A program made the translations under genes and the position numbers. From contig DYOK01000006.1 of NCBI GenBank assembly GCA_020720565.1, positions 1 to 32,041 of the forward strand: a DNA stretch of 32,041 nucleotides, read 5' to 3'. The notes beneath the pieces were generated by a model. It was not told the origin of the DNA. It did no database searches and saw only the letters and a list, made by a program, of their open reading frames with translations. The stretch is from Acetofilamentum sp. Lineage in GTDB: Bacteria; Bacteroidota; Bacteroidia; Bacteroidales; JAFGXI01. This document shows positions 11,853-20,551 of this stretch, one piece after another. How positions within the stretch are numbered: the first letter of the stretch is position 1; the number at the start of each line of letters is the position of its first letter.

Positions 11853-11880
11853 AATTTATAATTAAAATAATTCAAGTTGA

Positions 11881-12432
11881 TTAATTTTCTTTTTCAACTT
11901 GTAAAAAACTTAGCTCTACAGGTGTTTTACGATTGAAGATTTTAACAGTAACCGTGAGTTTTTTCTTCTCATTGTCAACCTCTTCAATTATACCAGTAAA
12001 GGTGTTGAATGGACCATCAATAACTTTGACAGTTTCTCCAACGAAAAACGGAATGGTTATCTCTTCGGAACTATCAGAAAGCTCGTCGACTGTACCTAAA
12101 ATTCTTTTAACCTCTGCAGGCCTCAAGGGTACAGGCTGACCACCTCTTTCTTCTCCAAGAAATCCAATCACGCCAGTGATACTTTTGATAACGTGCAGTA
12201 CTTCTCCTTCGATGTTGGCTTCAACCAAAATATAACCAGGAAAAAAACTTCGTTCTTTACTAATTTTTTTTCCGTTACGAATTTGGTACACCTTCTCTTT
12301 TGGAATAAGTACTTGAGATACTTGATTAACGAGATTAAATGCAGCAACTTCACTTTCGATGAGTTCTTTCACCTTCATTTCTTTGCCACTAACCGCACGA
12401 ACCACGTACCATTTTTTATCGATATCTGCCAT
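11881..12432 (-). CDS. nusG: Transcription termination/antitermination factor NusG
   Basis: WYVVRAVSGKE, FFPGYILV, KOW motif GETVKVIDGPF, IFNRKTPVEL. Confidence 0.98.
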   Translation of the reverse strand: MADIDKKWYVVRAVSGKEMKVKELIESEVAAFNLVNQVSQVLIPKEKVYQIRNGKKISKERSFFPGYILVEANIEGEVLHVIKSITGVIGFLGEERGGQPVPLRPAEVKRILGTVDELSDSSEEITIPFFVGETVKVIDGPFNTFTGIIEEVDNEKKKLTVTVKIFNRKTPVELSFLQVEKEN

Positions 12433-12449
12433 GATAATTTTTTAAATGA

Positions 12450-12641
12450 TTAAAACATGGAATATACCACCTGCATAGCATTGCGGAAAGAGTAATCCAT
12501 GAGCGCGATAACTATCGCAATCATGAAGGAAGCAACCATCACCACAATACCACTACTTTGTAATTCCTTCCAAGTAGGCCAAGTCACTTTGTTGACCAAC
12601 TCGTTATAGGACTCTTCAAAATAAGCTTTTATTCTCAACAT
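12450..12641 (-). CDS. secE: Preprotein translocase subunit SecE (63 aa)
   Basis: ELVNKVTWPT motif plus one TM helix. Start moved to ATG 12641 because the longer ORF overlaps tRNA-Trp. Confidence 0.95.
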   Translation of the reverse strand: MLRIKAYFEESYNELVNKVTWPTWKELQSSGIVVMVASFMIAIVIALMDYSFRNAMQVVYSMF

Positions 12642-12655
12642 ATTGAATAATTTTG

Positions 12656-12728
12656 CACGGGCGGAGAGGCTCGAACTCCCGACCAACGGTTTTGGAGACC
12701 GCTATTCTACCAACTGAACTACACCCGT
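12656..12728 (-). tRNA. tRNA-Trp(CCA)
   Basis: ACGGGTGTAGTTCAGTTGGTAGAATAGCGGTCTCCAAAACCG...GTTCGAGCCTCTCCGCCCGTG cloverleaf; anticodon CCA. Confidence 0.97.
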
Positions 12729-12730
12729 AT

Positions 12731-12764
12731 AAAAACTCCTACCCAAAGATTTGAGTAGAAGTTT
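12731..12764 (-). terminator. Terminator-like hairpin after tuf
   Basis: Minus strand AAACTTCTACTCAAA-TC-TTTGGGTAGGAGTTTTT; the stem closes with G-U pairs only on the transcribed strand. Confidence 0.65.
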
Positions 12765-12777
12765 AATATTATAATAA

Positions 12778-13962
12778 TTACTTAATAATTTCGATAACCT
12801 GACCAGCACCAACTGTACGACCACCTTCGCGGATAGCGAAACGTAATCCTTTGTCGATAGCAACTTCGGTAATCAATTCTACAGTAATGGTTACGTTATC
12901 ACCTGGCATTACCATTTCAACACCATCACCTAAAGTAATTTCACCTGTTACGTCAAGCGTACGCAAGTAGAATTGAGGACGGTATTTGTTATGGAATGGA
13001 GTGTGACGTCCACCTTCTTCTTTTTTCAAGATATAAACCTCAGCTTTAAAGGTAGTGTGTGGAGTAATAGAACCTGGTTTGGCCAAAACCATACCTCTTC
13101 TAATATCTTTTTTATCTACACCACGAAGTAAAAGACCAACGTTATCACCAGCTTCGCCAGTATCGAGAATTTTACGGAACATTTCAACACCAGTACAAAC
13201 TGTTTTCTTGTTCTCTGCACCTAATCCGATAATGTGGATTTCGTCTCCAGTGTGAACAACACCAGTTTCGATTCTACCAGTAGCAACAGTTCCACGACCA
13301 GTGATTGAGAATACGTCCTCAACAGGCATCAAGAAAGGTTTTTCGATATCACGAGGAGGAATTGGAATCCATGAGTCTACAGCATCCATTAATTGCATAA
13401 TGCTATCAACCCATTTAGGATCGTTGTTCAATCCACCAAGTGCCGAACCACGAATGATAGGTGTCTCACCTTCGTATCCGTAGAACTCCAAAAGGTCAAT
13501 CATTTCCATTTCGACAAGTTCGAGCATCTCTGCATCATCAACCATGTCTACTTTGTTCAAGAAAATAACCAATTTTGGTACGTTAACCTGACGAGCTAAA
13601 AGAATGTGCTCGCGTGTTTGTGGCATTGGACCATCGGTAGCAGCAACTACAACAATAGCACCGTCCATTTGAGCCGCACCAGTAACCATGTTTTTAACAT
13701 AGTCAGCGTGACCTGGACAGTCTACGTGAGCGTAGTGACGCTTCTCAGTAGTGTACTCTACGTGAGCGGTATTGATGGTGATACCTCTTTCTTTTTCCTC
13801 TGGTGCGTTATCGATTGAATCGAATGAACGCAATTCTGACAAACCTTTGCTAGCTAAAACGGTTGTAATAGCGGCAGTTAAGGTGGTCTTACCGTGGTCA
13901 ACGTGACCAATAGTTCCAATGTTTACGTGTGGTTTGGATCTATCAAATTTTTCTTTAGCCAT
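12778..13962 (-). CDS. tuf: Elongation factor Tu
   Basis: [35 protein letters not shown]. Confidence 0.99.
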   Translation of the reverse strand: MAKEKFDRSKPHVNIGTIGHVDHGKTTLTAAITTVLASKGLSELRSFDSIDNAPEEKERGITINTAHVEYTTEKRHYAHVDCPGHADYVKNMVTGAAQMDGAIVVVAATDGPMPQTREHILLARQVNVPKLVIFLNKVDMVDDAEMLELVEMEMIDLLEFYGYEGETPIIRGSALGGLNNDPKWVDSIMQLMDAVDSWIPIPPRDIEKPFLMPVEDVFSITGRGTVATGRIETGVVHTGDEIHIIGLGAENKKTVCTGVEMFRKILDTGEAGDNVGLLLRGVDKKDIRRGMVLAKPGSITPHTTFKAEVYILKKEEGGRHTPFHNKYRPQFYLRTLDVTGEITLGDGVEMVMPGDNVTITVELITEVAIDKGLRFAIREGGRTVGAGQVIEIIK

Positions 13963-14037
13963 AACTTAAATTTATTTAACTACTTTTAACAATTTACTAT
14001 TTAATATCTTTAAAATCAATTACTTGATAAAAAAAAG

Positions 14038-14109
14038 AGCCAACGATGGGAATTGAACCCATGACCTTTTCCTTACCAAGGAAACGCTCTACCCCTGAGC
14101 TACGTCGGC
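14038..14109 (-). tRNA. tRNA-Thr(GGT)
   Basis: GCCGACGTAGCTCAGGGGTAGAGCGTTTCCTTGGTAAGGAAA...GTTCAATTCCCATCGTTGGCT. Confidence 0.97.
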
Positions 14110-14119
14110 TTGTAATAAG

Positions 14120-14192
14120 AGCGGGCAACGAGGTTCGAACTCGCGACCCTCAGCTTGGAAGGCTGATGCTCTACCAACTGAGCTACACCCGC
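14120..14192 (-). tRNA. tRNA-Gly(TCC)
   Basis: GCGGGTGTAGCTCAGTTGGTAGAGCATCAGCCTTCCAAGCTGA...GTTCGAACCTCGTTGCCCGCT. Confidence 0.97.
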
Positions 14193-14202
14193 TTATTACT
14201 CG

Positions 14203-14285
14203 TGGGAAGAGCAGGGTTCGAACCTACGTAGGCGTATGCCAACAGATTTACAGTCTGCCCCGTTTAACCACTTCGGTATCTTCCC
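14203..14285 (-). tRNA. tRNA-Tyr(GTA)
   Basis: GGGAAGATACCGAAGTGGTTAAACGGGGCAGACTGTAAATCTG with a long variable arm, ending GTTCGAACCCTGCTCTTCCCA. Confidence 0.97.
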
Positions 14286-14312
14286 GGTTATTTTTACTAT
14301 CTTAAAGAACTG

Positions 14313-14386
14313 AGCCGGTGGAGGGATTCGAACCCCCGACCAGCTGATTACAAATCAGCTGCTCTGGCCAACTGAGCTACACCGGC
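14313..14386 (-). tRNA. tRNA-Thr(TGT)
   Basis: GCCGGTGTAGCTCAGTTGGCCAGAGCAGCTGATTTGTAATCAGC...GTTCGAATCCCTCCACCGGCT. Confidence 0.97.
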
Positions 14387-14413
14387 ATTCCTTTTCCATT
14401 TTCAAAAGGTTTG

Positions 14414-14445
14414 CAAATTTATTAAATATTTTAATTGTAAACAAG
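14414..14445 (-). promoter_or_regulatory. Housekeeping promoter of the tRNA-tuf operon
   Basis: -7 TAAATTTG (14421-14414) and -33 CTTG (14445-14442) with a 20-nt spacer. Confidence 0.75.
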
Positions 14446-14475
14446 GTTTTGTAATCTTTTTTCTTGCTATTTATT

Positions 14476-14600
14476 AACCAAAGCAAATTCCTTAGTTATA
14501 CTATGGTAATAACTAAGGAATTTGCTCCCAATAAATATCGAAAAAAATTGATGGGATCACCCACTCTTGTTTATTCCTATTATACTTATTCAAGTGTAAC
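14476..14600 (-). ncRNA. Candidate ~125-nt small RNA
   Basis: Bracketed by the -7 element TACTTTTG (14614-14607) and the 18-bp hairpin; no convincing ORF. Ends are approximate. Confidence 0.4.
14482..14526 (-). terminator. Perfect 18-bp inverted repeat, probable terminator of a short minus-strand transcript
   Basis: AGCAAATTCCTTAGTTAT (14482-14499) / ATAACTAAGGAATTTGCT (14509-14526) with a 9-nt loop, in a divergent intergenic region where no annotated gene ends. Confidence 0.6.
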
Positions 14601-14823
14601 TCGTCACAAAAGTACACTTTTAAATTGAATTCGAAAGCATCTTTTTTCAATTTGATTGTTCCCTTTAGCTTAAAACTACCATTTTTCAATTATGATTTTA
14701 AGCCCGTTTCAACAACAGCACATTTCTACGCTTAGTGTTATTCTTTGTTCAAATGTTGTATCTATTTGTATTTCTTATCATTATATAATGATATTAAAAA
14801 TTTAACTATTTTTTATCAAAATT

Positions 14824-14868
14824 ATAGTACTATGTATTGCACAATACTATTGTTTGTATATATCTTTG
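14824..14868 (+). promoter_or_regulatory. padR promoter with overlapping palindromic operator
   Basis: Imperfect palindrome ATAGTACTATG-TATTG-CACAATACTAT (14824-14850) covers the -33 TTG (14837-14839); -7 TATCTTTG at 14861-14868. Confidence 0.7.
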
Positions 14869-14889
14869 CATTATAAAATTTAAAAGCGT

Positions 14890-15222
14890 ATGTCGGAACG
14901 TCAAAACTTTGAATCGCAAATTCGAAAAGGAATTTTGGAATATTGCATCCTCAGCGTTCTTGGGAACGAGAGGGCTTATGCATCAGATATCATAAAAAAA
15001 TTGAAAGAAGCTAAACTGATAGTGGTCGAAGGAACGCTTTATCCACTTCTTACCCGCATGAAAAATGCCGAACTTTTAACCTACGAATGGGAAGAAAGCA
15101 ACTCAGGGCCACCGCGTAAATATTATTTTTTGACTGCTAAAGGCGGCGAATTTCAAAAAGAATTACACCAATATTGGCAAGAATTAGTAGAATCGGTTGC
15201 ATTAATCACTCAAAAACAATAA
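14890..15222 (+). CDS. PadR family transcriptional regulator
   Basis: SQIRKGILEYCIL, EGTLYPLLTRM, WEESNSGPPRKYY. Confidence 0.95.
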   Translation: MSERQNFESQIRKGILEYCILSVLGNERAYASDIIKKLKEAKLIVVEGTLYPLLTRMKNAELLTYEWEESNSGPPRKYYFLTAKGGEFQKELHQYWQELVESVALITQKQ

Positions 15223-15227
15223 TCACC

Positions 15228-16727
15228 ATGAATAAAACTTTTAACGTCAACATAGCAGGCCAAGTGTTTCATATTAACGACGACGCCTATCAAAATTTGG
15301 AACAGTATTTAGACAATATTAAGCGGCATTTCGAAACAGAAACTGGAGGGCAAGAGATTGTAGCCGACATTGAAAGCCGTATGGCCGAAATATTTACAGA
15401 ACGTTTTGCAGGACGACGCTCAATAATTGAATTTGCCGATGTCGAAGCCGCAGTTGTAATATTGGGAAAGGTAAACGACATGGAATCTAACGGGGTCGAA
15501 GAAAATGGCAATCCTACGTCAAACGAAACTCAAGATACAGAAGAAAAGAAATTGTTTCGCGACATCGACGATAAATATTTTGGAGGCGTGTCGACTGGCT
15601 TGTCGCATTATTTTGGTTTAGACGCCAACATTATCAGAATTATATTTGTGATTTTGGCATTTAGCACCGCTGGGATTTTAATTTACTTAATTTTATGGGC
15701 TGCCATACCAGGTGCAAAAACGAATCTCGAAAAAATGCAAATGAAAGGCGAACCCATTACCTTATCGAACTTAGAAAAGAACATCACTAAACAAATAAAC
15801 GAGGTTGCTGATGGATTTAAAAAGAAAAATATTGGGATAACGATTAGCTCTCTTATATCAAGAATTATCAAAGGAATTGTAACAATATTAAATGGGATCT
15901 GGAAAATTGTCAGTAAGATATTTGGAATATTCTCTATATTAATAGGTATTATATTGCTTGCTATCATGGTTAATATTTGGTTTTTCGATGCTCAAGCCAT
16001 GGTACACATTAACGACAGCGAATTGGAATTTGTTGCGATTAAGCCTTTTGTAACACATTTTTTCCAACCCAATTCGAGTACCTTATTTATATTGACTACT
16101 TTGGGATTGGCCTTGATACCTATTATCAGCATGTTGTCGGTGGGGGTCAAAATTCTTTTGAATATCAAAAAATCGTTTAAAGCATTTTATCTAAGTCTAG
16201 GAATGGCTTGGTTTTTCTTAGCCATCATGTTGGCTTTTTACATGATACCATTTGCCAAGGAGTTTAAACACGAACGTGTCGTGACACAAGTTATCCACGA
16301 TTCACTAGAGCACTCTAAAATTTATGTACAGTTTAACGATAATAAGGCAAATCTAACGAACCCTCATTGGATATTATCGCTGTCGGATGACGCTTTGTAT
16401 ATGAATGAAAGTTCGACATGGATGCATCCGGAGATGGAAATTTTGGAAAGTGAAGACAGTTTATGGCATTTCGAATTGGTAAACGAATCGAAAGGAAGGT
16501 CGGTAAAAGATGCATTAAAACGTGCCGAATCTATTCAAAACTCAATGGTTTTTCGGTCGGATACCTTGTTTGTTAACGAATTTACAGTATTCCCTAATCC
16601 TTACCGTGGGCAAATGAGTCGATTAAAGATATATAAGCCATTTTCATCTGAAATTCAGAGCAATAGGCCAGAGCTGATTATTGAAGCACTTGAAGATTGT
16701 AACAATGATGTCGAAATGGATTTCTAA
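15228..16727 (+). CDS. PspC domain-containing membrane protein (499 aa)
   Basis: Start MNKTFNVNIAGQVFHINDDAY 5 nt after the padR stop; PspC motif LFRDIDDKYFGGVSTGLSHYFGLD; several TM helices; typical padR-pspC pair. Confidence 0.9.
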   Translation: MNKTFNVNIAGQVFHINDDAYQNLEQYLDNIKRHFETETGGQEIVADIESRMAEIFTERFAGRRSIIEFADVEAAVVILGKVNDMESNGVEENGNPTSNETQDTEEKKLFRDIDDKYFGGVSTGLSHYFGLDANIIRIIFVILAFSTAGILIYLILWAAIPGAKTNLEKMQMKGEPITLSNLEKNITKQINEVADGFKKKNIGITISSLISRIIKGIVTILNGIWKIVSKIFGIFSILIGIILLAIMVNIWFFDAQAMVHINDSELEFVAIKPFVTHFFQPNSSTLFILTTLGLALIPIISMLSVGVKILLNIKKSFKAFYLSLGMAWFFLAIMLAFYMIPFAKEFKHERVVTQVIHDSLEHSKIYVQFNDNKANLTNPHWILSLSDDALYMNESSTWMHPEMEILESEDSLWHFELVNESKGRSVKDALKRAESIQNSMVFRSDTLFVNEFTVFPNPYRGQMSRLKIYKPFSSEIQSNRPELIIEALEDCNNDVEMDF

Positions 16728-16806
16728 TCGTGACATAATGCAAAATTCAATCCTCTAAAATAAATTGAGTCAAATCGACAATAGGTGGATAATTCCATTT
16801 GCTTAC

Positions 16807-16842
16807 AATCCGTTTTAGAAAAAACTAAAGCGGATTCTTTTT
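16807..16842 (+). terminator. Intrinsic terminator of padR-pspC
   Basis: AATCCGTTTTAG-AAAAAA-CTAAAGCGGATT followed by CTTTTT. Confidence 0.7.
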
Positions 16843-16883
16843 GCAAGCATGTTTAAGGCATATCGACAATCCACACAAATGAT

Positions 16884-16891
16884 TATCTTTG
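16884..16891 (+). promoter_or_regulatory. -7 promoter element of lepA
   Basis: TATCTTTG ending 32 nt before the ATG. Confidence 0.6.
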
Positions 16892-16923
16892 CAAATTATT
16901 TGAGTTAAAGCATACATCCACAT

Positions 16924-18711
16924 ATGAAGCACATTAGAAATTTTTGTATTATAGCCCACATCGACCATGGCAAAAGCACTTTAGCCGACAGGCTTTTGGA
17001 ATATACAGGCACTGTTACCGGACGCGATGCCCAAGAACAAGTTCTCGACAACATGGATTTAGAGCGTGAACGAGGCATTACCATTAAGAGCCACGCCATA
17101 CAAATGGATTATAAATACAATAACGAAAAATATGTTCTTAATCTAATCGATACCCCTGGACACGTCGATTTTTCGTACGAGGTATCACGTTCTATTGCGG
17201 CATGCGAGGGCGCTTTATTGATTGTGGATGCTACTCAAGGTATTCAAGCACAGACCATTTCTAATTTATATCTGGCCATCGAAAACGATTTGGAGATTAT
17301 TCCAGTTATGAACAAAATGGATCTTGACAGTGCCATGCCCGACGAAGTTGAAGAGCAAATAATCGACTTAATCGGATGCAAGCGCGAAGACATTATCAGA
17401 GCTTCTGGCAAAACGGGCATGGGTGTGATGGATATTTTGGCACAAATAGTTGAACGTGTCCCCTCGCCTTCTGGAGACCCCAACGCACCGCTTCAAGCTT
17501 TGGTTTTCGATTCGGTTTTCAACTCGTTCCGCGGCATTATCGCTTATTTTAAAATCACCAATGGCGAAATTCGCAAAAATGATTTGGTTAAATTTTTCAA
17601 TACCAAAAAAGAGTACAATGCAGACGAGGTTGGAATTTTACGTTTAAAACCAGAACCCCGCGATGTAGTCAAAACAGGCGATGTAGGTTATATTATTTCG
17701 GGTATCAAAACCTCGAAAGAAGTTAAAGTTGGCGATACCATTACCCACCCCCACCGCTCTTGCGACAAAGCTATTGATGGTTTCGAAGATGTAAAGCCAA
17801 TGGTATTTGCAGGGGTTTACCCGATTGACGCCGAAGATTATGAAGACCTGCGTGCTTCGCTCGAAAAACTACAATTAAACGACGCCTCTTTAACATTCGA
17901 GCCCGAATCGTCGGCCGCATTGGGTTTTGGATTCCGTTGCGGTTTTTTAGGTCTTTTGCACATGGAGATAATTCAGGAGCGTCTCGACAGAGAATTCGAA
18001 ATGAATGTAATTACAACAGTTCCCAACGTGTCGTATTTGGTTTACACCAAAAAAGGCGAAGTTACGGAAGTTCATAATCCTTCGAGCTTACCCGATTTAA
18101 ACTTGCTCGAGAAAATTGAAGAGCCATTTATTAAAGCCCAGATTATCACCAAATCGGACTATTTGGGAAATATTATGACACTTTGTTTATCGAAAAGGGG
18201 GATATTGAATAACCAAACATTTATAACGGGTAATCGTGTCGATTTAAGTTTTGATATGCCATTAGGCGAAATTGTGATCGACTTTTACGATAAACTCAAA
18301 AGCATTTCGAAAGGGTATGCTTCGTTCGACTATTACAGAATTGGATACCGACCAGCTAACCTGGTCAAATTAGATATTTTACTCAACGGCGATGGCGTCG
18401 ATGCTCTTTCTGCCTTAATCCACCAGGACAATGCTCAAAACTTTGGCCGAAGAATTTGCGAAAAACTAAAAGATTTAATTCCTAGGCAACAATTCGACAT
18501 TGCCATACAAGCGGCCATTGGCGTCAAAGTGATTGCTCGCGAAACCATTAAAGCCGTTCGTAAAGACGTTACCGCAAAATGTTATGGTGGCGACATTACT
18601 CGTAAGCGCAAACTACTCGAAAAACAGAAAAAAGGTAAAAAACGAATGAAACAAATTGGTAATGTCGAAGTGCCACAAAATGCCTTTTTAGCGGTATTAA
18701 AACTAGATTAA
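16924..18711 (+). CDS. lepA: Translation elongation factor 4 (LepA)
   Basis: [40 protein letters not shown]. Confidence 0.99.
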   Translation: MKHIRNFCIIAHIDHGKSTLADRLLEYTGTVTGRDAQEQVLDNMDLERERGITIKSHAIQMDYKYNNEKYVLNLIDTPGHVDFSYEVSRSIAACEGALLIVDATQGIQAQTISNLYLAIENDLEIIPVMNKMDLDSAMPDEVEEQIIDLIGCKREDIIRASGKTGMGVMDILAQIVERVPSPSGDPNAPLQALVFDSVFNSFRGIIAYFKITNGEIRKNDLVKFFNTKKEYNADEVGILRLKPEPRDVVKTGDVGYIISGIKTSKEVKVGDTITHPHRSCDKAIDGFEDVKPMVFAGVYPIDAEDYEDLRASLEKLQLNDASLTFEPESSAALGFGFRCGFLGLLHMEIIQERLDREFEMNVITTVPNVSYLVYTKKGEVTEVHNPSSLPDLNLLEKIEEPFIKAQIITKSDYLGNIMTLCLSKRGILNNQTFITGNRVDLSFDMPLGEIVIDFYDKLKSISKGYASFDYYRIGYRPANLVKLDILLNGDGVDALSALIHQDNAQNFGRRICEKLKDLIPRQQFDIAIQAAIGVKVIARETIKAVRKDVTAKCYGGDITRKRKLLEKQKKGKKRMKQIGNVEVPQNAFLAVLKLD

Positions 18712-18788
18712 GGTTTTTAAATTTGACTTCTATACATACCTTAAATCATGGTATAGATTTTTGAAATTGCAGTTAACTTGTCAAAAAT

Positions 18789-18928
18789 ATATCGTTGATT
18801 TCGACGATAATCTGAAATATCGTTAATTTCGACGATAATCCGAAATATCGTTAATTTCGACGATAATCTGAAATATCGTTGATTTCGACGATATTTTGAA
18901 ATATCGATAATTTAAACGATATTTGTTG
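18789..18928. repeat. Tandem array of five 28-bp palindromic units directly upstream of the satD start
   Basis: Units start at 18789, 18817, 18845, 18873 and 18901; consensus ATATCGTTRATTTCGACGATAATCYGAA with internal palindrome TATCGT-N8-ACGATA; unit 5 is degenerate. Confidence 0.95.
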
Positions 18929-18929
18929 C

Positions 18930-19574
18930 ATGATAGCAGTTATTACAGGCGATATAATCGCGTCGAGGCATTTGGTGAACCAAGAAATATGGTTAGCACC
19001 ACTTAAAACGCTATTATCTACATGGGGTGAAAGACCCAAAACATGGAATCTGGATCGTGGTGATTTCTTTCAAATTGAGATTTCTAATCCAGAAGATGCT
19101 CTTATAAAAGCGTTTGAAATAAAGTCGTTAATCAAAAAAGCAACTCCACTCAATAACCACAAGAAAATAAGCACTATAGATGTTCGAATGGCTATTGGAA
19201 TAGGCGATAAAACATATTCTGGCGAAACCATATCGGAGAGTAACGGCCAAGCGTTCATATATTCTGGCGAAAAGTTTGATGTTTTAAAAAAAGAAGGCAT
19301 AACGATCGGCATTAAAACGCCATGGATAAATTTAGATGAAGAAATCAATTTATACCTAAAATTATCTCAAACTTTTATCGATAGTTGGTCGGTTTCATCA
19401 GCCGAATTAGTTAATCTAATCTTAAAAAACGGAAACACAAGCCAAGAAGAAATCGGACAAAAATTAAGTATAAAACAAAATTCTGTAAGCGGCCGATGGA
19501 ATAGATCTCATGCTGAAGAATTATTGGAGGTTGAAAAGATGTTTCGAAAAAAAGTAATGACGATACTCAAGTGA
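18930..19574 (+). CDS. satD: SatD family protein (nucleotide-cyclase-like N-terminus, C-terminal HTH)
   Basis: VITGDIIASR, RGDFFQ, VRMAIGIG and SNGQAF motifs; HTH-like SQEEIGQKLSIKQNSVSGRWNR. Confidence 0.85.
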   Translation: MIAVITGDIIASRHLVNQEIWLAPLKTLLSTWGERPKTWNLDRGDFFQIEISNPEDALIKAFEIKSLIKKATPLNNHKKISTIDVRMAIGIGDKTYSGETISESNGQAFIYSGEKFDVLKKEGITIGIKTPWINLDEEINLYLKLSQTFIDSWSVSSAELVNLILKNGNTSQEEIGQKLSIKQNSVSGRWNRSHAEELLEVEKMFRKKVMTILK

Positions 19575-20296
19575 TAATACTCATCAAACTAATATTAGCA
19601 CATTTAATTGGAGATTTTCTTCTACAGCCAAAATCTTGGGTAGAGGACAAAGAAAGAGCCAAAATCAAATCAAACAAATTATACCTGCACACATTAATCC
19701 ATGGGCTATTAATCTTAATATTATTATGGAGTTTTAACAATTGGCTTTTAATGATATCTATAATGCTTAGCCACTATTTTATAGATCTTATAAAAGTATA
19801 TGCCCAAACTAAAAAAAATAATGCAAAATGGTTTTTGATCGATCAAATATTGCATTTTATTAGTATTTTAATTCTTTGTAAATTATTATTAAAGTGTGAT
19901 TTGCAATTGATTACGTTATTTCAAGATGTTACTATATGGATATATTTAGTGGCATTACTATTAATTACCAATGTTTCAAGGATACTTATACAAACCGTCT
20001 TACAAAATTGGGCAAAAGCATTAGAAACAAATAATAACGAAGCCTTAAACGATGCTGGTAAATATATAGGAATATTAGAACGCTTATTTGTCTTCATTTT
20101 TGTAATTACTAACAATTGGGAAGGAATTGGATTTTTATTGGCTGCAAAGTCGGTCTTCCGCTTTGGCGATTTAAAAGAATCAAAAGACCGAAAATTGACA
20201 GAATATGTACTTATTGGGACATTATTAAGTTTTGGACTGGCAATTCTAACGGGCTTAGCAGTGTTAAAATTAATTACAATAGTTAATGCTTTGTAA
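19571..20296 (+). CDS. DUF3307 family multi-pass membrane protein (SatE-like)
   Basis: AHLIGDFLLQ, HTLIH, HYFID, DQILH, GKYIGILER, AKSVFRF, EYVLIGTLLS; GTG start overlaps the satD TGA (GTGA). Confidence 0.85.
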   Translation: MIILIKLILAHLIGDFLLQPKSWVEDKERAKIKSNKLYLHTLIHGLLILILLWSFNNWLLMISIMLSHYFIDLIKVYAQTKKNNAKWFLIDQILHFISILILCKLLLKCDLQLITLFQDVTIWIYLVALLLITNVSRILIQTVLQNWAKALETNNNEALNDAGKYIGILERLFVFIFVITNNWEGIGFLLAAKSVFRFGDLKESKDRKLTEYVLIGTLLSFGLAILTGLAVLKLITIVNAL

Positions 20297-20490
20297 ACAA
20301 TTTCCAAACAACAGAGATCTTTTTAACAAACGTTTAAATGAAATGAAACGAGAGATAAAATGAATATTTATGAACTAAAAACTTGAAACATTCAACGTAT
20401 AACAAATTAACAATAAAACCATTTAAGACATAAGAATCATTAGGAACTTCTGAATTAACACTTAGAACTTTCAACAAATAAACAACTCAA

Positions 20491-20520
20491 TCTACCTAAG
20501 GTAGACGGGCAACTCAACAA
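20491..20520. repeat. REP-like GTAG hairpin element, second copy at 30597-30626
   Basis: TCTACCTAAGGTAGACGGGCAACTCAACAA vs TCGACCGAAGGTAGACCAGCAAATCAACAA, 25/30 identical. Confidence 0.6.
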
Positions 20521-20551
20521 TCGTCAATCAAAAATCGTAAATTACAAACAG

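Noticed and set aside
12642-12686. Longer secE start
   Set aside because: It overlaps tRNA-Trp; ATG 12641 gives a normal-sized SecE.
2618-13818. Many short plus-strand ORFs antisense to rpoC, rpoB, ribosomal protein genes, nusG and tuf
   Set aside because: They are shadow ORFs of highly biased coding sequence, with no recognisable motifs.
14046-14231. 61-aa plus-strand ORF
   Set aside because: It is the antisense reading of tRNA genes.
18789-18928. CRISPR array
   Set aside because: The units are head-to-tail with only about 8 near-identical nt between palindromes. There are no unique spacers and no cas genes.
18851-19039. 62-aa minus-strand ORF over the repeat array
   Set aside because: It is antisense to satD and runs through tandem repeats, with no protein-like features.
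20297-20551. Lasso precursor peptide upstream of rdgB-B1-B2
   Set aside because: The plus-strand ATG-initiated frames are under 10 codons and have no leader motif.
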